64,000 nucleotides of DNA from assembly GCF_009914755.1 (NCBI RefSeq), contig NC_060940.1, one strand, 5' to 3'. The notes beneath the pieces were generated by a model that was not told the DNA's origin, did no database searches, and saw only the letters and a list, made by a program, of their open reading frames with translations. This document shows positions 54,701 through 64,000 of this stretch, in pieces. This DNA comes from the human T2T-CHM13v2.0 reference genome, Homo sapiens. Each line of letters starts with the position of its first letter. Within the stretch, counting starts at the first letter, position 1. The position numbers were made by a program, and so were the translations under genes.

Positions 54701-56799
54701 ATTTTTTTGTGATTCTACTAAAGGCACCACCATTCTGGGACCACATTATGTTAATTCTTGGCCTAAAGGTGTTCGGACGTATGTTTGGACTGCACATTTA
54801 AACAATTTTTAAATTAGATGCTGTAAATCATTAACGATTGAGTTTCTTTAAATCTGTCTAATCTCAAGTCATTTTTATTTGCCATTTCCAGGGAATGTGA
54901 AATGGGACTAATTTACCTCTGATTCTTCTTTATACTGAGGATAGAAATTTTGGTCCTAGCTTTAGGGAGGAGCTCCTGTGTGATGCCCTATCTTGGGAAA
55001 CACTGTGTATTTCTTTACTGTCCTATGTGATGTATGACAGTAGGAATCTGCACTCGTTCATTTTGCTACATGTCCGTAGGGCAAAATCAGTTTTGGTGTT
55101 TAGTTATATTTTGTCTGCTCCCTGCATTCCCATGGTTTTGACCTTATATTTTACTTTTATTTGTGAACATACCAGTGTTTCAAATTTTTTCCAGTAATAT
55201 ATTCAACTATATTATGAGAAAGAGAAAAAATTTGATAAAACACAAATTTCATGTTTTCCTTCTCTAATTGGATTTTACTTAAAAATACAGGTAAAATTTA
55301 TTTGTGCTTTTTTGCTATTTCTGTTTTGCTATTCTCTGTTAGTCTATGTCTTCTCCACATAGGCACAATTAGGGAATTTTGTACACTCTTTTGCCAACTG
55401 CTTTGATAGTAAACAAATGTATTTCTCGAACTCCTAGGTATAAAACTCAAGTATCCACAATTTAAATTCTTTTTTGCTCACTTCTATTATGTTTCCAGTC
55501 TCAATAGAAATCGATGCCAATCCAGAAATACAAGCATTATTCTAATACTTCTCACACACTACAGGTATAGATTAAATTTTCTAGATCTCCTTAAATACTA
55601 TCATTTTTCACTACTTGTATCTTAACTGTTAAATTCAGCATTTTCTATAATATTAATAAGTTGTGAAAATTTTCTTACTTTCTTATTTGTCCCAAGTTCA
55701 AGGTTTTGCAGTCTCTACCTCACCCTGTGAGGCATAAACATTGTACTATGCTGTACTAATATTACATAGTTCAAGTGCTTAGAGATTGCACAATTTTTAT
55801 TTGGTTGACAATAGCTAATGTTTTCTTCTTCATTTTCTATTTCCTGATTCCGCTTTATTTAGTATATGCTACATTATCATAAAAATAAGAACGTTTTACA
55901 AACTAAAACAAAAGAAACCCCAGGAAAAAAATGCACAAGTAAAATATATAAACATACATTTAGATGTACCATGTACACTTCTAATTTATTTAGACTTTTA
56001 ATTGTAGTACAATTTTAATTAAAGTCTGTGTATTATCTGTCATCGTCTTAGTATTTTTTATATAACAAATTGTGTAAATCAAAAAGCCTCAATGTCATTA
56101 TAAACTATCTTGGCAGAAGTTGATGTCCAAGGAATAATTTCTCTCCCAAATTATGTCAATCAGAATTTCACTCTACCATAATTCTTTTAATCAGTTTCAG
56201 AGGAATCATAAATTTCAAAATTGTTCAAGGTAGTTGTTGTAGTTCAAGTACATTTAGACAGGTGTAAAACTGTAGACAGACTGATACAAACATATTCTAA
56301 TTGACACAAAAGTACATGGGACCTATTTTAAAATCTAGACTTTAAAATGTCGTGTCAACGTACGCATGTTCTCCTTGTGAAATAATTGCTTTTTATTCTC
56401 TGGATAGAATAATTTAATCTTTAAACCTTCAATTCACTGTTAAAAACAAAATATTACATAAGGATATGCTTATAAAAATAATTCGCAACTAGATTTTCAA
56501 TTCAGAAATATATGTGAAAAATCATCAAGCATCTAATGGATTTCAAGGAGAAATGGGTTAGTAATTTATTCCACATGTCTCAATTTTTCCTAGATTTAAG
56601 GCTTCCTTTAAAACAATTGTAGGCATTTAAGAAACCATGTAAACTAAAAAGAAGAAATTGTGACACTGCCACTTAGGTTTTTTAAATCTTTGGACATGAA
56701 TCAATATACTTTTTAATTTTATCTTAATTAGACATTGTGAGTTCACTATCTTCCTGTCAGTATAGCATCCAAGCTGATTATCATAGGTTACAAGTTCAA

Positions 56800-57234
56800 C
56801 TATCAACTGTGTTCTGAGACTCTAAAAAAATAAATGAATGTATTTGTTTGGGTACTCTTAAAGCAGGAGTGAGGACACAGTGAAAGTGAGACAAGGAAAA
56901 GAGAACAAAATAAAACAGGAAAGATAGAAAAGCCAGTACCACACGTGTTAAGAGGCATGTTCCTGTGTTAGATATCTGGGCTTAATTCTATGGGAAGCTA
57001 TGTGGAACATGCCTCAGAATTACATCAATGAATCCAGGGAGATTCTTCTTAGTTACCCTCACCTTTTCTTCCCACTTCATGCCCAGTATCAAACTCCCGT
57101 GCTGCTAGAGAAAGTCCTCAGCTAGAAACTGGTGCAAATTCTGGAGATGAGACCCTGTAGAGTGTTAAGAATGGCTTTCTTCCCAGCAGCTACAGGTAAG
57201 GAATAGGGGCTGGGCTATTAATACATCTGCTACA
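56800..57234. mobile_element. Old ERVL-type LTR (LTR33/LTR16-like)
   Basis: agcaggagtgaggacacagtgaaagtgagacaagg...gcctcagaatt...acatctgctaca terminus. Confidence 0.45.
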
Positions 57235-59989
57235 AATCAATATACCCCTTATGCTCCTTTTGGTGATCGACAATGTATTTAAAATATTAGATGATCAAGA
57301 AGGGCTGCAGAAAGGAGGAAAAAGAAACAAAGAGCACACCTCTTGGTTTATTTTTATTCATTTCATCAGTTTCAAGGAAAATGTGTTGGGAGTTCCTGGC
57401 ATAGAGAATGTCACAAAGATATGTTTTCAATAGTGGTGCTATCCCTAGGGCAGAGAAGATTCAGAGAAAGCCCAAGTGGCTGCTGGAACAAAGTCAGACA
57501 CCGTGCCACCTGTCCACACTCCTTGGCTCTGCCATCATGCTGAAGATTGGTTTAAAGGGCTGGCTTCCCTCTCCGCAAAATTAAAAGAGCACAAACTGAG
57601 AAACTGGATGTGGGAGACAGCAGTGGATTATGCTGTTCTCAGGGGTCACCTCAGGTTTGGAAGCATTCTTTCAAATTAACCCATCTCCAGCCATCTGCAG
57701 AGAAGAAAGGTGGTACCTAACTTTTTTTCTTGTCAGCACTTGGTAGGGGTGTTTTATTGACCAAATATGTTCCCACAACCTAGTTTTTTGTAACTAAATA
57801 AATATAGCAGATTTTTAAATTTAATCATCAAAATCTATAGACAATTTTTTATTAAAATAGGCTCCACATCTATGTCCTGCTTTTCTTCTTATTAATTACT
57901 TTGCTGTATAAAATAACAAGACTTCAGAATCAAGAATATCTTGTCTCTTGGCATTGAATTTCTACAAGGTGCTCTTTCTTTAATGCTGTCTCAAAGGACA
58001 TATTTTTACTCATTAAAAAGGAAGATCGGAATCTAGTTCTATGCACTGCTCCAACATATTAATAATTAAAATTAGGAGGTAAATGTGGTCGAAGCTATAG
58101 AAATACTTGGGATGTCATTTATATTGATTACTGCATAGCACTCTACAAACAGAAATTGTGAAATAATAGTTTATATAAATATTTTGTAGCGTTTCAAATA
58201 TTGGAGTGCCTGAAGTTTCTCCTCTTATATAGTTCAGATTATCAATTTGAAGACTTACTCTGCTGGTTAAAAAGTTTTTAGTTTCGTTTGAGTATTATAT
58301 AAAAACAATTTTCAGTTAAATGTGTTCCGCTTACATAAAACATTAGAAATCAGTGAGTATTTAATTACATTTTCGTGTTCCTGTAATGCCTTTAGAAGAT
58401 TTTCATATTATTACCTATCAATATATGTATGCTTTCTCTAAGAAAAATCCATCATATACATCATTGAAATTGAAACTTTTTAAAAGTACTTATTAATTCT
58501 ATTGAAAAACCACATCCATAGGAGCAATTACAACATAATATTGTGAACATGTAAGTATATATCCTATGTCTATTTTATATATAAGCATATGTGATTAGAA
58601 ATATAGTTAAGAATTTTTAAACCTAGTATTATAAAGTAAAAATTAATTAAACTTCTGATGATTATTTGTTAATTAAGATAAATTTATTTTGATTTGGGTG
58701 ATTTTAAATGAACAAAAATATTAAATTACATGACAAAAATTCTTTATAAAATGTTTACGATTTTTACATTGGTTTTATCACTTTATTCCACTATTTTATT
58801 TTAAGGTGACCTGCCTTGTTTAAAACACTGTGTTCATCTTAATTAGATTAAATTCCATTTGTTAAAAAGTTAACCAATGATTTGCTCTATTATACAGAGC
58901 GGTTATAAACTGAGTCAGTATCTCAAGATTTGAACCCCATTATCTTCATCCGTGGCCCTATTTGTTTGATAAATGTAGTGTCTTTTTTCATGCCTGTCAC
59001 ATCTCTATTGTTCATTTATTTTTCTCCTTGTCCCTTATAGGAAGCATTGCCTATCTCTAGATTAAGCAAAAGTTGCATCTTAATAAAGCACAATAACCTG
59101 CTCAATCTTTCTCACACAGAGAAATGTTTGTTAAGTAATTAAAGTGTAGATTATGACACAAAGAGCTTGATTAAATGAGATGCCAAAGTACCCTTGTGAT
59201 TCAGAATATGAATGGTATTTAATGCCTTTGAAACCAATAATTGCTGAGTGACATTAATTAATGCCAATATTTCAGAAGTTGTTCTGGTTAGTGAAATGTG
59301 TACAACATGTAAAAATTTCCGAACTCTGAATGGCAACATTATTCTATAATTAAGAATTAAGAATTAATTCACATTAATTATTGGGGAGAAATAATTTTAA
59401 GAATTAATGACTGAGAAAACGTTTTTATTTTTATTTAGAAAATTATTTAGTGCATGAGCATTACTGCAAGTTTTGCAAGAAACATAAATTTATAGGAACA
59501 ATTATGTGCACAAGATGAATTTAATAACATCTTGATATTTTCCACTATTACAGCTGTATTCGGTAAATCTTTAAATGCCCATCATCTAAAGATCATAAAT
59601 GAATCTTGGAAATCTTGTAGGTAAGGGTAAATATAAGGATGTATCCAATTACATTTACACATACATACAATTACATTTACACAAACATACATGCACACAC
59701 GCTCACTGATACAGGTATGCATATATATACATGAATTTACCAATTGATTTTAACTAATATATATAAGGGCCTGTAGGATTGATATATATTGTTGAACCTG
59801 AAAAATATTTATTATATACATGTTTAAAATACACAAAGAAATAAATAGTAATTGCACTAGGCATTTGAAACTGTACTTAAATATAAGCTGTGATCATTAC
59901 AAATTCTTACACTGAATAAATATTTTTATTTTTATAATAATATGTTTGATACATGTGTCCATTTTTTAAAATGTATTATTTTTGTCATA

Positions 59990-60331
59990 GAGTCATGTCA
60001 TGCATAATAATATTTCAGTCAAAGATGGATAACATATACAAAAGTGGTCCCATGAGATTATAATACATATTTTTACATACTTTTCTATGTTTAAGTATGT
60101 TTACATACATAAACTCTTACCACTGTGTTCTTATTGCCTGCAGTATTCAGTATAGTAGTGTAGTACACAGTTTTGTAGCCTAGGAGAGAGAGGCTATACC
60201 ATATAACCTAAACGTGGTAGGCTGTACAAACTAGGTGTTTGTGATATTCTCTCGGACGTTTGCAAAATGATGAAATTGCCTATGGATGCATCTGTTAGAA
60301 CGTATCCCTGTCATTCAGTGATGCGTGACTG
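59990..60331 (+). mobile_element. Tigger3a, right arm
   Basis: agtcatgtcatgcataataa...ggtcccatgagattataatac...gaacgtatccctgtcattcagtgatgcgtgactg; paralog of 28853-29194. Confidence 0.88.
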
Positions 60332-60896
60332 TGCTAAAATGCTAAATCTAAGTTTCAATGACCTCCATAAAATTGTTGTACTGTGAAATAAAAATCTCTC
60401 ACCTACGGCCTGAATATGTTTGCAAACTAAGCAGATCATGGGAAGGAGAATGTGCTGGCTTCGCTGGGATGATTTTCTCACTCTACATGAATAATATCTC
60501 CAGACTTTGCGAATATGAGCCACTTGCATAGAGTTAAAGTAAGCATCTCTTTGCTGGGAAATTTATCAAATGGGAGTATGAAATGTTTTTAAAAGATACT
60601 TGTTTGTTTGTAGACGGTAGGCCTACAGTGGCTCATGGCAATGGTTGAGGTTGCTAAGATTTGGTGGAAGAAGGCAAAATGAAATGGCCACTTATATGGT
60701 ATATGGATCACTTGTTTCTGTTGAGTTACAGATTCAGCTGGCTATTTCTCCCAATGTTAGTTATTTGGAGAAAAGAAACATGATTGTAATTTTGGGGTAA
60801 CAAATACAATATTTGATGAAAGCAAATTTATTGAGGGTTAGACAAACTACAAGATAATTTAGGCTGCAAAGTCAACACGAGACTTCTGGCCCAAAT

Positions 60897-61249
60897 TGTG
60901 CAGAGTTTGGGTCCAGCTACAAAGTTCAAAGGAAGAGGCCATATAAGATGATTCGCACTTTTGTCACCAACTGCCAGTTCAGGGGTTTCCCGAGAACACC
61001 CTCAGTTTCAAGAATTTACTAAAAAGACTCACAGAACTCATTGAATGCCATTGTACTCATGGTTTATAATAAAGAAAGGGTAGAAATTAGGACCAATCAA
61101 AGGAAGAGACATAACACATAAGGTGGAATCTAGGAGATTTTGAATGATAAGTTTCCATTGTCTTCAGGACATATTAACTGTCATTGTTGTACAGCAATAA
61201 ACATGGAGTACTACCAACCTGGGGAGCTCACCTGATGCTAAAAAGACAC
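60897..61249 (-). mobile_element. MER21-family LTR fragment, right arm
   Basis: Paralog of 27935-28280: gactcacagaactcattg...ctaccaacctggggagctcacctg. Confidence 0.65.
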
Positions 61250-61269
61250 TATTTCGAAAATGAAAAGAC

Positions 61270-64000
<2,731 letters not shown>

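Overview
Primate (hominoid-type) pericentromeric or heterochromatic DNA. I find no credible protein-coding or RNA gene. About 30.5 kb is diverged satellite II (HSat2/HSATII; GAATG/GAATC pentamers with ATC-ATC inserts giving 23/26-bp units) in three blocks: 1-7687 and 30680-47278 with GGAAT on +, and 47270-53568 with CATTC on +. The rest is two AT-rich spacers made of old interspersed repeats (L1M, L2, MLT1, MST, THE1, MER21, MER39/34-like, MER20, Tigger3a, Alu) plus one L1PA2-like 3' end and one young AluY. The main structure is a large inverted segmental duplication: 25367-30684 matches the reverse complement of 58515-64000 (about 94% in a 342-bp hand count) around a satellite core that flips strand at 47270-47282. 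The window therefore looks like two paralogous satellite-plus-spacer composite units fused in opposite orientation. Several junctions can be read at base level. The strand switch lies on a 13-bp quasi-palindrome native to the satellite. The left arm lacks about 4.95 kb and joins the satellite through an ATGGA microhomology. The right arm carries an AluY with a 15-bp TSD whose empty site is in the left arm. All listed ORFs are artefacts of satellite, low-complexity or transposon sequence. I see no support for a new enzymatic or defence system; the interest is structural. Repeat family names come from recalled consensus sequences and need RepeatMasker/Dfam confirmation.
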